Shown here piece after piece: positions 1-11,001 of a stretch of 64,000 nucleotides of DNA. Each line of letters opens with the position of its first letter. Position 1 is the first letter of the stretch. A program made the position numbers and the translations under genes. Below the pieces are notes generated by a model. It saw nothing but the letters and a program-made list of their open reading frames with translations. It was not told the DNA's origin and ran no database searches. This stretch comes from Nemertoderma westbladi (taxonomy: Eukaryota > Animalia > Xenacoelomorpha): contig JAUCBJ010004402.1 of NCBI GenBank assembly GCA_032718475.1, forward strand, positions 14,674 through 78,673. The letters run 5' to 3'.

Positions 1-1220
1 TTTAAGACAGCCGCTCCTACGGGTCCTTTACGAGTGGTCTGAACGAGAGCCGTGGGTGGACCATAGGCAGTCAGAAACCTCCTGGGTTTAATGGTTCTTT
101 CCAACTCGCGTTCGCGGGCTCGGTATTCGTAAGGTCGTCGATACACTTCCTGTAACTCGGGGTGTGAGTTAACAAATAAGTCTCCATAGTCCGGATCCTG
201 ACGGATATAATTGATTAAGTTATAGGAATGAAGGTCGCTAGGATTAACACTCCTGAGAAATTTGCGTACGAACTTGGTTGAAATACATTCTCCGACGCGC
301 TTCAGTAGTTCGTAACTCGATATGCGTGATTTCTGTTCGACAGAAGCGAATAGATAAGGATGGAACGCATAAACTCCTTCGTAAGCGCGTCCAGGATAAT
401 AACGATGGCGCGAATCACAATGTAAATCAGTGTTCGCTTCCCAAGCTCTGATGTAACGTAGTGTGATCATTTTATCTACGCTTTCCAAATCGTGATTAAA
501 AGGGCAATCGAAACTGGCGTGTCCCTTTAGTTGACGATGGTGACATTGAGTCATAAATTGAGGGCAAACCGCAAAAATGTGCAAGTTATTGAGTCTGCAA
601 TACGCACAATAAATTTCCATCGCCGGTTGTTCGTGGAAATAGGAACAGCGGACGTTTGTGTCCATGGGCGTAACATGGTCTCTCGATGCGCATAACCGAC
701 AACGTTGCCGAGAAACATAGTTGGCATGGCGATAATCGTACGCAGTGAGACACTGTGGACCTTGATACCATTCTAGGATGTAATCGTTGTCGCTGTTCCG
801 GGCGCGATAGGCTGAATCTCCTCAGATTCTAGGCATATTGGTTCGTCTTCCCAGTCTGTTACGAATAGAATTTTCGTGATCTATTCTCGGTTTATCGTTA
901 CGACTCCGCTGGGTATGATATTTAAATAGAACCATTTCCCTTTCGGTGTCTACATCGTCCGTATCATGTAAATCGATAGGATGGCCGGTAGTTAGGAAGT
1001 CCATATACGTACTATTACGATGCGTATAGCAAGCGGTGAATTTTCGCTAGTCCAATTCACGCGTAAGTTGCTCTTGGGACATCGGCGGTTCGATATAAAG
1101 ACCATCGTCCTCCGTAATGGTTGGATCGGTTTCACCGCGTATCAAGCTATCTACAAATGCTTGTAAAGGTAGAGTATATCGCTCCCTGATACCAAGATCA
1201 TCTTCTATCAACTCCGTCAT
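1..1220 (-). pseudogene. Decayed ORF (>400 codons, runs off the window start) encoding a Cys/His zinc-knuckle protein; possibly an accessory ORF of the BEL element
   Basis: Manual translation from ATG at 1220 gives one frame broken only by TAG (1047-1049) and TGA (822-824), then open from 821 to the window start. It contains CRLCASRDH, CAYCRLNNLHIFAVC and CHHRQLKGHASFDC (degenerate CCHC-type). The track ORF 822..1004 is a fragment of this frame. Confidence 0.6.
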
Positions 1221-1291
1221 ATCTGCTATCTGAGTTTATTAATATCGAAATGAGTTTATGTTTAGGCGAGCGGACGTCGCTGCCTACCTCT

Positions 1292-1413
1292 CTTTGCCCC
1301 CGGACAGTGGGATTCTCAGCGCCGATGTACCGTCGTCGCGGTGTTTACGCCAACATGTAGCAACATCACGACAACGATAACCGGCACAAGTCACTCCACT
1401 GTCCGTCCCAAAG
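1292..1413 (-). other. Long imperfect stem-loop (about 120 nt), candidate structured RNA element
   Basis: CGGACAGTGG (1301-1310) pairs with CCACTGTCCG (1396-1405). Inner arms GCCG...CGTCGTCGCGGTGTT and AACATCACGACAACG...CGGC also pair. Several mismatches become G-U pairs on the minus-strand RNA. Confidence 0.55.
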
Positions 1414-2040
1414 GCTTGAATCCACTTTAGGTTCTTTCTATAGGAGAGTTGGGCTACTTTCACAATTGCGACTAGCTACTGTAAACATACTTTAGCAGTA
1501 ACATTCACCTATAAACGCACAAATTCCACACAACTGTCACCAATTGTACACATACAGGCCATTTGTCCGTTAGTCAGTGCCTTCCAGAATGTCACGTTAT
1601 TACTGTGTATCCTTGGATACTAACAGTGTGCTATGTATTCTCTATGCTATGCAATGTGACAAGCTTTCTATTGTTCTTTTATCTTGCTTCTAATTCTAGC
1701 GTGGGTGTTGCTATGGTGACATTATGGAATGCTAGCGGTAGAATTAGGGTAATTCTCATGCATACAGATCTGGAATGCTATTTAATAGTAATTCTTTAAT
1801 TGTCAATATCCTCTTTATGCATGATTTTATTAATTTTTATCGGCTACTGACTATATGTTGGAGATTCTCGCACTCTAATACACTCAATAGGATGAATCTC
1901 CGCTCCCATGATCTATTAATTAATGGAATTTTGGGAATGTTATAAATTGCACAAAATGACAATTTATGAAATTCATTTAAAATATGAATTTAAATTTATT
2001 CCCGTGAATTTTATTATTTGATGTTAAAATTGACTCAATT

Positions 2041-2301
2041 TTTATTCCAGAGCATGTCTGGGGACTGAGGATCTTTAATTCTATAAAATTGTCTTTTAAG
2101 AGTATCGGTAAGTGCTACGATATCTTAATTGACTAGAAATTTTAAAGGATCTGAATTTTACAGATTTTAATAAATATTAAATTAATATTTAAGATGGGCA
2201 CCGATTTATTCCAGAACTTGTCTGGGGACGTTAACCACTGATTCTAGAATTTGTCTTTCAAGTATATCGGTGGGTGCCGCGATATCTTAATCGACTAGAA
2301 T
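2041..2301. repeat. Diverged direct duplication of about 100 bp (2041-2140 and 2205-2301)
   Basis: Both copies read TTTATTCCAGA...TGTCTGGGGAC...TATCGGT...CGATATCTTAAT.GACTAGAA. Confidence 0.75.
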
Positions 2302-2489
2302 TACAGATGGTCAAAAGGTTTAATAAACACTAATATATTGCACTAATCTACTAAATAATCACTAAAATAACATTCTACTAAATAAAATTAAAGAAAACGA
2401 TTATAATAAAATTACATAATAATACATACATAAATATAAAATAAAAACAAATATAAAATGATATAGTCACACGCCCACTCCACATGCTA

Positions 2490-3716
2490 TCACGTTATGG
2501 AGTCCCTAGATATTTGTCGGATTAGGGAAGTAGTCGTAGGAAGAGTATCTTGCCTTCCATAGTTTCCGGACAGTTTTCGGTCTCTTTCCAGTAAACATAA
2601 ACGACTAGCTGGGCGATTGAGTTGTTGTGTTACTTTCTCCGCTCCCTTGGCCTGTCTAATCTCCGCCGTGGTAAGATGAGGAGGCCATTCTTCTTCTTCT
2701 TCTTTACTTAAGAAGTCGGATCCACCTAACCAGCCTGGAGTATCTATTAGTTCTTGAGGAGTTGCTCCTCTGGAAGCGATGTCGGCTGGATTAATCGTCC
2801 CAAGGCAATGTCTCCATTGATCTACATTGGAGTTAATATCGTCATTATCTGAGGAGTATGGTGTTCCCTCAGTTGGATCGTCCACATCACTGCTCTCCAC
2901 TTCCAATTCCTTTACTTGGTATACCTGTTGTTGAGGTAATCTCTCTTTGAGAGTTCTACGGGAAGGGCCAGTGAAGTACCAACCTACTCTAGTTCTTACC
3001 GCATAGGTTTGCAGTGGCTGCGGTTGAGCAGGCCGTTTCTCCAATGTCTCAAGCGCCTCATGCGCGTTTTGGCCGATGAGTATTTGCACTCCAGGATAAT
3101 CTGTCTGGAATCGAGGTATCTTAAGCTGTTGGATGCTCTCGTCCTCGTCCCAGTTATACGGTTCTGCTTGGGTAGTAGCGAAGTTCTTTATAGCCACCAT
3201 TTTTACTGACCTTATACTTTGTGCTCCTAATTTATCCTGGGGGGTGGACAACGCACCTACATAGTAATCTGCCGTTATGGTAGATTTCCAAACCTGCATA
3301 ATTCCGGACATATTCAACTTAGTTTGGAATTTCGGTTGTCCAGCAAAGATATCTTCGGCTAGTTCTTGATCAATGAATGTTCCTGTGCTGCCGGAGTCAA
3401 GGAGGGCATTCACTATGTAACTTTTGTTAGGACCGTGAACTCTTACCTGCACTACAGGAAATTCTCTGATTCCTACGTTGGAAGTTGGAGCTTTCCAAGA
3501 TGGTTGTCTGTCAAAAGTAGTTGGGGGGAACTCATTGTCGGTGTCCTTTTCATAAGTAAGTGCTCGATACACCGCGGTATTGATTATGTAACAGGATTCG
3601 TTGGCGTCGGAGAATTCGTCAGTATAGAATCCTTCCATCTCAGATTCTTGATCAGTGTCATTTACATCACTGAATTGGACATGTAGTTCGGGCTCACTTA
3701 CCTGACTCGGGTTGTT
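2490..3716 (-). pseudogene. BEL/Pao pol remnant: aspartic protease fused in frame to the end of RNase H and the end of integrase; RT and integrase core deleted
   Basis: VNALLDSGSTGTFI (protease), ILIGQN...YAVRTRVGWYFTGP (BEL post-protease motif), QWRHCLGTINPADIASRG...WLGGSDFL...WP (RNase H end), LTTAEIRQA, and RPASRLCLLE (integrase C-terminus). No YxDD RT motif and no DDE core. Same frame as gag and open directly after the gag TGA. Confidence 0.85.
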
Positions 3717-6700
3717 TCATTCGAACTCACTGTGTAACAAGATGTGATGTTTCGCGCCACACTTTGCACACTTTACGTCGGAGTAACAGGTTCGCCGTTG
3801 GTGTCCTGATCTGAGGCAATTATAGCATAACCGCTTATTCCACAGGACTGCACGTCTGTCTACAAGGGATTTCTTTAGAAATTCAGCACACGCACTCAAA
3901 CGGTGGGGCCCGTCGCACAGCTCACATTTTGGTTTGATGTTACTCACTTTACCTTGGGTAACGTTATGCACTCTCGTTCTTTCTTCGGGCTTTCTTCCGT
4001 GAATTCTCTTAGGAGACGTAGGAGGAGTTGTTGTTACCTGTTCTCTCCTGTCACTGGTTCGAAACTTGTATTTACTTACGTCTTTATAGGTCTTGTTGTC
4101 ATAGTAAGATTTTGCTGTGTCTTTCCCGCTGTCCTCTTCTTGAGAAGCTTGGCTTTCGCCGTCGTCAGTATAATACACTGGTATGACTCTTCTCCTAGAA
4201 ACGGGTTTCTCACTTACCTTATTTTCCGATGTTTTTTCTCTGGACTGCTTGATGAGTTGTAGTTTTACTTCACCATCTAAAAAGGACATGAGATCAGCCA
4301 TGGTAGGGCTTCGTCGTTGCTGCTCATTCATATACAACACTTTCTTGTCCCAGCGTGTACATACTCCACCCTTTGGTAAAGTAGAGACTACTGCTCCAAT
4401 AACCATGGAACTCTGATATTCATGAGACTTACCTAACCAGTCCAATTGTCTGCAGATCTCCTGAATCTCATCGGAAAACTCTATAATCCCGCTACTAAGG
4501 AAGTTTCGGGGGGCTACTAATTTTGCATACAAATACTTAGCTATGTTATCCTTGTTACCATACCTGATGTTTAATGTATCCCAAACTTGTCTTAATCCTT
4601 CTGGATGTCCAATAAACTTTAACGCCATTAACTTGGGAGGTCCTTCCAAGCACTTGATGAGGAACCTAAGTTTCTCTCCATTAGATAGCACAGAGTTCTG
4701 TATGCTGTCTTTGTAATATTCGTTGAAAGGTAACCATTTCATCTCATCTCCATTGAATTTGACGATCTCTCCCACTTTGACCGCTTGGCGGGCTTCTGTT
4801 CTAGCCATCTGACGCGTAAAGCTTTCTTGGGCCATCGTGTTATTTAATATCGAATTATCGGTATATAAATTTCTCGGATCATTATCAGGTCTATAGGGAA
4901 TATCATTAACAACAGGTCTATAATCACCCTTAATAGGGTTTGCTATAGGAGTTTCTACTTCACTAGCAGTATAGATGCGTGTAGGCTCCACACCTTGCGC
5001 ATGTAATACTTCAGACCTAACAGGTTGACACAATGTTACAGGGGGTATTGGTATCGCTTTTTGTATATTGACTAATATGTCGCGTTCTAGAGCGATACTT
5101 TGCTGCACTTCTTGCAATTCGGCCCTACCTTCCCTTACTGTTCCCTTAAGTTGGTGGACAGTCTCCTGCATCTGTCCGAGCAGGAGATTCATCCCCCGCC
5201 GTCCCTCCTCTACCCACTCGACCGCCGAAGCGGGAGTCGCCAACATTGTAGCGGGCTGACGCGGGACGACGGGAGACAAATCTTTGATTTCTCTCTCAGC
5301 TTCCAGGACAGGGATATTCTCATGGACTGTTCTACCGGGTACAGGCAGTGTAGTACTGTGTAGAGGGAATTTAGAGTTAAGCTCTGGAAGTACAGGGGTC
5401 TCTAGCACAGGAGTGGCTTTGGGAACGACAGGCCTAATTATTTCAGGCTCATCAACTATTGTAGGGAGTCTTTTGACCTGAATAATTTGTTCTGTGGGTT
5501 CTGTACTACCTAAGTCTGTGCTAGTTAGTTGTCTTCTAACCGCCGGGGGCGAATCAGGCAATTTGTGGCGGTGAGATGTTTTTCTACGCCTGCTTAGACG
5601 AGATCTATTTCCTCCGCCTTCAGGATCGGTGGTTTCGCTTTCCTCCGATGATGTGTATCCCTGGCGTTTTGGAGTAGATTGTCTCATCATCTGCATTCGA
5701 CTAGCAGTTAACTGTTTATTTATGTTGTCTTGCGTCTCTTGCAGATTTTCCAACTCCAGTTGGGTAGTCTGCTCAGACGCTCTCCGTTCTGCTTCTGCCA
5801 CTGCCTTTGCCGCCTTTCTTTCCGCCTCTACTTCTGCCATTGCTATTGCCGCTGCCTTTCTTTCTGCTTCTGCTTCTGCCACCGCTGCCTTTCTTTCTTC
5901 TTCTGCTTCTGCCACCGCTGCCTTTCTTTCTACTTCTGCTTCTGCCATGGCCGCCACCTTTTGTTCCTCTATCCGTCTTTTCTTTACTTGTTCTTCTTGG
6001 ACTCTAGCGAGGCGGAGTTTTTCATCAAATTTAGCTTGGTTTGCAGCTAACATTTCCGCATCGATTGAGTCCAACACAAGCTTGGTTCCTTCACTATTAG
6101 GGGAAAGTCCAGACAGCCGTCTCCTCAACTCTTCATCACCCAAGAAGCGTTGATAGTCTGACAGATAGATGTCTATGGCGTCTCTCGAGGGCGGCTTCTC
6201 TGCTGCTGTCTCTTCGCTTTCCACTTGAGAAAGGGTGGCATCGGTTGGTTCTTCATAGGTTGGTCTCTCAGCCAGCTGGGATTTCCACTGGGCCGTTTCT
6301 TGAACTTTGAGACCTACCCGCTGGAACCAAGTCTTGACAGCAACCTGCAGCGACGTGTCCTGTCTTCTTTTGGAAGTTTCCTCAAAGGCTGATAGGATTA
6401 GTCTAATGCGTAGGGTTCTTTCACGTACTTGATAAAGCAGCTCTTCCTGCTCTTGAGGTCCTTGGGGTTGTCGAAACAATTGTTCTTCCAATCTCTCTAA
6501 GGAGCCGAAGAATCCCTGCACATATCCTGCTGCCGACCTCTTCCAAACAGCTGGATCCATCGTATCTTTAGCCACTCCCATCCTGTGTATATCTTCCCAA
6601 GTAGCTTCGGACAAATCTAACGGGAGTCCGGGTCTGGGAAAGTTCCATTGTGACTCGACAATAGAGATCAATTCTTCCCTGGCGTATCCCACATAACTAT

Positions 6701-7139
6701 CTTGGGTCGCTCGCTTACTTCTCGCCCAATCGGCTTGATGTTCCTCCACCGCAATCAATATTGTAGTTAGCACTGCGGCAGGAAGGGTGAGAAGGGGATC
6801 CGAGTAGGCTGTAGCCGCCATCTGCACTCTGCGTTCGGGGGTCAGCTCTACAGTATCCGAACTACTGGAGCTATCGGGTCGCTGGGAACGAGTTTCTTGA
6901 CTAGGCTGTTGCTGCTGCTGGACAGCTGCTTCCTGGTTCCGTTTGACTTGGGCCCGAGTGCCGATGATAGACCTACGGTGTTGGATTAGCTTAGGGTCTG
7001 ATACTACTACTGGAGGGATGACCTTTCTTTCAGTAGGAGGTGAGCTGAACTCCTTTCTTAATCGCTCCACGCTCCTATCTGTGTCACAGGTGGTTGTATC
7101 GATTAGACTGTCTGACAGGTTTTGCTGGGTGTCAGACAT
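3717..7139 (-). CDS. gag: BEL/Pao Gag-like protein (1140 aa)
   Basis: Uninterrupted ORF. It has a DUF1759-like segment (KFNGDEMKWLPF...EKLRFLIKCLEGPP...LNIRYGN), three C-terminal knuckles (CELCDGPHRLSAC, CYNCLRSGHQRRTC, CAKCGAKHHILLH) and a coiled-coil AEAE.ERKAA repeat near 5790-5950. Confidence 0.88.
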   Translation of the reverse strand: MSDTQQNLSDSLIDTTTCDTDRSVERLRKEFSSPPTERKVIPPVVVSDPKLIQHRRSIIGTRAQVKRNQEAAVQQQQQPSQETRSQRPDSSSSSDTVELTPERRVQMAATAYSDPLLTLPAAVLTTILIAVEEHQADWARSKRATQDSYVGYAREELISIVESQWNFPRPGLPLDLSEATWEDIHRMGVAKDTMDPAVWKRSAAGYVQGFFGSLERLEEQLFRQPQGPQEQEELLYQVRERTLRIRLILSAFEETSKRRQDTSLQVAVKTWFQRVGLKVQETAQWKSQLAERPTYEEPTDATLSQVESEETAAEKPPSRDAIDIYLSDYQRFLGDEELRRRLSGLSPNSEGTKLVLDSIDAEMLAANQAKFDEKLRLARVQEEQVKKRRIEEQKVAAMAEAEVERKAAVAEAEEERKAAVAEAEAERKAAAIAMAEVEAERKAAKAVAEAERRASEQTTQLELENLQETQDNINKQLTASRMQMMRQSTPKRQGYTSSEESETTDPEGGGNRSRLSRRRKTSHRHKLPDSPPAVRRQLTSTDLGSTEPTEQIIQVKRLPTIVDEPEIIRPVVPKATPVLETPVLPELNSKFPLHSTTLPVPGRTVHENIPVLEAEREIKDLSPVVPRQPATMLATPASAVEWVEEGRRGMNLLLGQMQETVHQLKGTVREGRAELQEVQQSIALERDILVNIQKAIPIPPVTLCQPVRSEVLHAQGVEPTRIYTASEVETPIANPIKGDYRPVVNDIPYRPDNDPRNLYTDNSILNNTMAQESFTRQMARTEARQAVKVGEIVKFNGDEMKWLPFNEYYKDSIQNSVLSNGEKLRFLIKCLEGPPKLMALKFIGHPEGLRQVWDTLNIRYGNKDNIAKYLYAKLVAPRNFLSSGIIEFSDEIQEICRQLDWLGKSHEYQSSMVIGAVVSTLPKGGVCTRWDKKVLYMNEQQRRSPTMADLMSFLDGEVKLQLIKQSREKTSENKVSEKPVSRRRVIPVYYTDDGESQASQEEDSGKDTAKSYYDNKTYKDVSKYKFRTSDRREQVTTTPPTSPKRIHGRKPEERTRVHNVTQGKVSNIKPKCELCDGPHRLSACAEFLKKSLVDRRAVLWNKRLCYNCLRSGHQRRTCYSDVKCAKCGAKHHILLHSEFE

Positions 7140-7245
7140 GTTTAGCTATACGGTTGAATGCCTACTGCTATAGTTACAGTTAAAGCAAGTCTAGTAATTC
7201 AGTATGACCGTTGGCCTAGTACCATTAATTTATTACAGTATATTA

Positions 7246-7493
7246 GAATACCGGTATACACTTATAATATATAGAAGTATTGTAAACTAGGTTTGTCACA
7301 GAGTACCGGTATATAATTTTAGCACAAATATATATAAATATATAATAGGCCTATCGTGAATACCGGTATGCAGCTTACACTTATAGTATATATAAGTATA
7401 ATTATAAACTAGAATTAATTACAGAATACCAGTATGATTTCAGCCCAACTTTATAGAAATAAATATAATAGGCCTATCGTGGATACCGGTATA
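7246..7493. repeat. Two diverged tandem copies of about 120 bp in the retrotransposon leader
   Basis: Repeated ACACTTATA...AAACTAG...ACAGA.TACC.GTAT...ATAATAGGCCTATCGTG.ATACCGGTAT. Confidence 0.7.
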
Positions 7494-8475
7494 TCAATTA
7501 TTTAAATAATTGAATTTCTGAATTTTAAAGGTTACTTACTTAGTTACTTTAACTTACTTTATTACCGTTATTTAAGCAGTAGTCCAACTGATATTGAGAC
7601 CTAGTTGTTGTATGGCAGGCCTACTATTTATAAATCATTTGAGTTGATTTATAATAGATATATACCCGTTTAAAATGGGTTTTGTCAATATTTGAAATAA
7701 ATGTTATTATTTCTGGGGGAAGTCACTACACAGAAGCTGTGCGCTCTCAGTGAAGTGCTACTTATGGGACACTAAAACAGATAATTCTAATTTACCTAAG
7801 TTACTTAATACTACAAATTACTTACGATACGGGTGAGATTAAATCTCTACTTAAACACAACAAAAATATTACGTACAAAATTTTAGGGTAATTTTACAGG
7901 AAGTCTACAAACCAGCCTAACAAAGGGTTAGAATTCTGGTTATTACAACGGACAGGGTACTACGGTATTTGAAAATAATAAGTAGTAGTAAATATATTGC
8001 ACTGTCCAGATAGGAAAAATACCACCGCCTGACGACCTATAGCCGTATCGCTATAGGTACTACGTTATGTATCACGGAGTGTTCCTACCTGGAAGTTAAT
8101 TACCGCGGACTACCAGATCCAACGTGCCTATTAACCACTTTACAACACAATACACTGCCTACACACTAATTACTTTCGGAAAGCACTGTACACCAAACCC
8201 TAAATTAGGTACAAGTACTTATTAAAAACAAATAACTAGCAGTTAAATATACTTGAACAGTTAAAAGAACCACGGCATCTGCTGGAGTGACCGGTGCACA
8301 AAATCACCAGTCTTTTCCTACGCCAAGCAGCCCGTGTAGTACCGGGGTTAATTTAACTATAACGGTATGTGTAATAAGCACAATTACTGTAGGAATAAAC
8401 TTGGGGACATGAATGTTGCGAATAATCGCATAAACTCTGAATAATAAATATTACGCTACCCGTACAAAATACAAA

Positions 8476-9000
8476 CCAAACGCTGGCAGACTACCACCAA
8501 GCCTAAGTAAACTACAGTATGTGTAGATTCCAAAATGGTTAGTTAGTATGCGTTCTAACACGGTAGTACGACTTATTCTTTAAGAGGGGATTGACCTTAC
8601 AGCTATGGCTGCCCCAACTTACTAACTGGCACTTTATCAGACAAACTCTACACACGCAGCAATCTCTTCAGACCTAATAATAGCTAGACAACAATCCAGC
8701 CTACAAATATCTGAGTAATAACTATTACGGTACCTGAACAGACCACACAAACAAACACAGGCCAAAACGCTGGCAGACTACTGTCAAGCCTAAATAAACT
8801 ACAGTATATGCAGATTCCGAAATGGTTAGTTAGTATGCGTTCTAACACGGTAGTACGACTTATTCTTTAAGAGGGGATTGACCTTACAGCTATGGCTGCC
8901 CCAACTTACTAACTGGCACTTTATCAGACAAACTCTACACACGCCGTAATCTCTCCAAACCCAACAACAATCCGACAACAGTCCGGCCTACAATTATCTG
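8476..9000. repeat. Near-identical direct repeat of about 240 bp, period 287 bp
   Basis: CGCTGGCAGACTAC at 8481 and 8768. The long core from AAATGGTTAGTTAGTATGCG to CTCTACACACGC is identical in both copies. Confidence 0.9.
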
Positions 9001-9173
9001 AACAATCTGAGCAGACTTACACGTCTTCAGCTCAATATTAACTTACATGTAAATAAAACCGACAGAAATAAGTAAAATCTCAATAAAAAACCAGGGCGGC
9101 CGTTCCCTGATTAAGTACTAAGACCTACCGGTATACAATAATCAAATCGAATAATACTAATGTACTTATACTG

Positions 9174-9300
9174 GAAGTACCGGTTAGGACAGTTGGGCCT
9201 ACGGACCTACAGAAGTACCGGTTCTGGCAGTTGGACCTACGGACCTACAGCAGTACCGGTTCTGGCAGTTGGGCCTACTCACCTACAGAAGTACCGGTTC
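9174..9300. repeat. 38-bp minisatellite, about 3.3 copies
   Basis: Unit GAAGTACCGGTTCTGGCAGTTGGACCTACGGACCTACA starting at 9174, 9212, 9250 and 9288. Confidence 0.9.
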
Positions 9301-11001
9301 AGGTTTACCGGTCGACCGGTACTTTCAACTTTATTGCTTACTGCAATAAAGACAATAACTGTTATTGTACGCGCTTTTGAAGACCTTTAGCAGTTTAACC
9401 TGCCAAAATTTATATGTCTTTTGGTTTATAAATAGACTTTAGAAATTGACAAATATTTAATACCAATAAACACAACATTAGCAGAAGCCAGCCTAGTGCG
9501 CGTCCATTCACCCGCTGGATATACCCGGGAGACTGGATTCTGAGGGCTTAGATTATTATTGCAGTGTAAGCTTACTGTATTATTCGATTGATCGTTAATA
9601 AATAATTTCTGACTAATATTATTCACTTTCGGGAAATATTAACAGTTCCTTTAGGACGTGGCGCCCTATCTAGGTAAACAGAGATATGACTTATACTAAT
9701 CACAACGGTAAGTCGGTAAGGCTTATGATTCACGTATGAGGCGCATTCTTTAGGAAATGCTTAGTTATCAGTCACAATCATGCACACTACCGGTAACACA
9801 CAATACTGCTCCCTAATTTGCCGACCGTCAATGAATTTTATCATATATAAAGAGAACAGCAACTGACTCATGTAGTGCTTATCAAATAGCATTAAATTCA
9901 CTACAAACCACAATAATATAAGTCGCAATCGCTATATGTAACCTGTCTCTCTAACCTGTAGTGTATCAAGAAAATTGGGAAATTTGGGTTCTTTATAAAT
10001 GTTCTCCAAATAATATTCAACCAACTGATACAAAATATGACAACAGTAAAAAGCATTAAGACGGTAGGTTAAGATATGATATGACAAGATTGATATGACT
10101 GGACTGATAACAGTTATACGCTCTATAATCTTAAGCCTACTAATGTTTCTTCTAAAGTCTGAAACGAATTGACTCTAGAGCCGGTGTTCCTGGCCTAGAT
10201 AGAAACAACACAACAGTATCAAGAAAAACAGTAAGACTGAACACTCCTAGCACGATCGGCCAAATATCTCCACATCGACAGAAAAAATCGCTCTGATTGG
10301 CTGTTAAGCTAAACAAAGAACCATGTGTCCAATGGCCGTTTCCATGTCAGCAACCAGCTGTTAGATGTCGTAATCTGAATCATCAAGGCTAAGCTGTGCC
10401 AGGGTATTTGACGCATTTGCGGGTTTTTTGCCTTACCATGTCCGCCAAAGCACACATACAGAAGAATGACTTTTATGTCCGTTAAAACACCTATAACGGT
10501 ACTTTGCGGGCGACGGGGACTGAGTATATCCGCAAAAGCTTTTACAGGTAGTCATGGTAACCTGTGAAGGAGTGTTGTCTGAAATGCCATTTAGATGTCA
10601 CTTGTCATTTTAAAGTGATTTGTAGTCACATCTTGATTGTTTTTTATTGGCATAAATATTTGTTATAAAGTCATTATTTTGAAACAGAGTGGAATGAGAT
10701 TAAATTGATGAAAAAAAAAATTTCAAACATGGGTATATCTTTGGAACCATATATCACCGTTATAACAAAACAGGTTTAGCTCTCAGTATACCAAAATTTT
10801 TCAAAACTAATATTCAATAAAATGTGGCAATTGATTTTTAAAATAATTGTATTGTTCTAGAATGGTAGCTATTTTTCTAAAACATGTCAAATTTCATTTA
10901 GCAGCGTTCCCATGGTAACAATAATTATATTCCAGAATTTTATGTCACATTTACAATTGTTATTACAGAAGCTATATTTTTCAAAAGATGCGATGAATTT
11001 A

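Larger units (their letters stand above)
1..9400 (-). mobile_element. BEL/Pao-family LTR retrotransposon, internally deleted (non-autonomous); both outer boundaries uncertain
   Basis: Gag with BEL-type triple Cys/His knuckles, followed in the same frame by a DSG aspartic protease and BEL-type RNase H-end and integrase-end motifs. A long leader rich in tandem duplications lies upstream of gag (7140 to about 9400). No LTR pair could be identified inside the window, so the limits are approximate. Confidence 0.75.

Noticed and set aside
2400-2490. PPT-like GGAGTGGGCG followed by TGT (2471) as the start of a 3' LTR
   Set aside because: No matching 5' LTR copy is found upstream of gag, so it cannot be called an LTR.
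3009-7173. Plus-strand ORFs overlapping gag and pol
   Set aside because: They are antisense shadows of the retrotransposon ORFs and their low-complexity repeat.
9400-9700. Candidate 5' LTR and primer-binding site of the BEL element (TGTT starts near 9643 and 9680)
   Set aside because: There is no second LTR in the window and no clear tRNA-complementary PBS, so the boundaries are unsupported.
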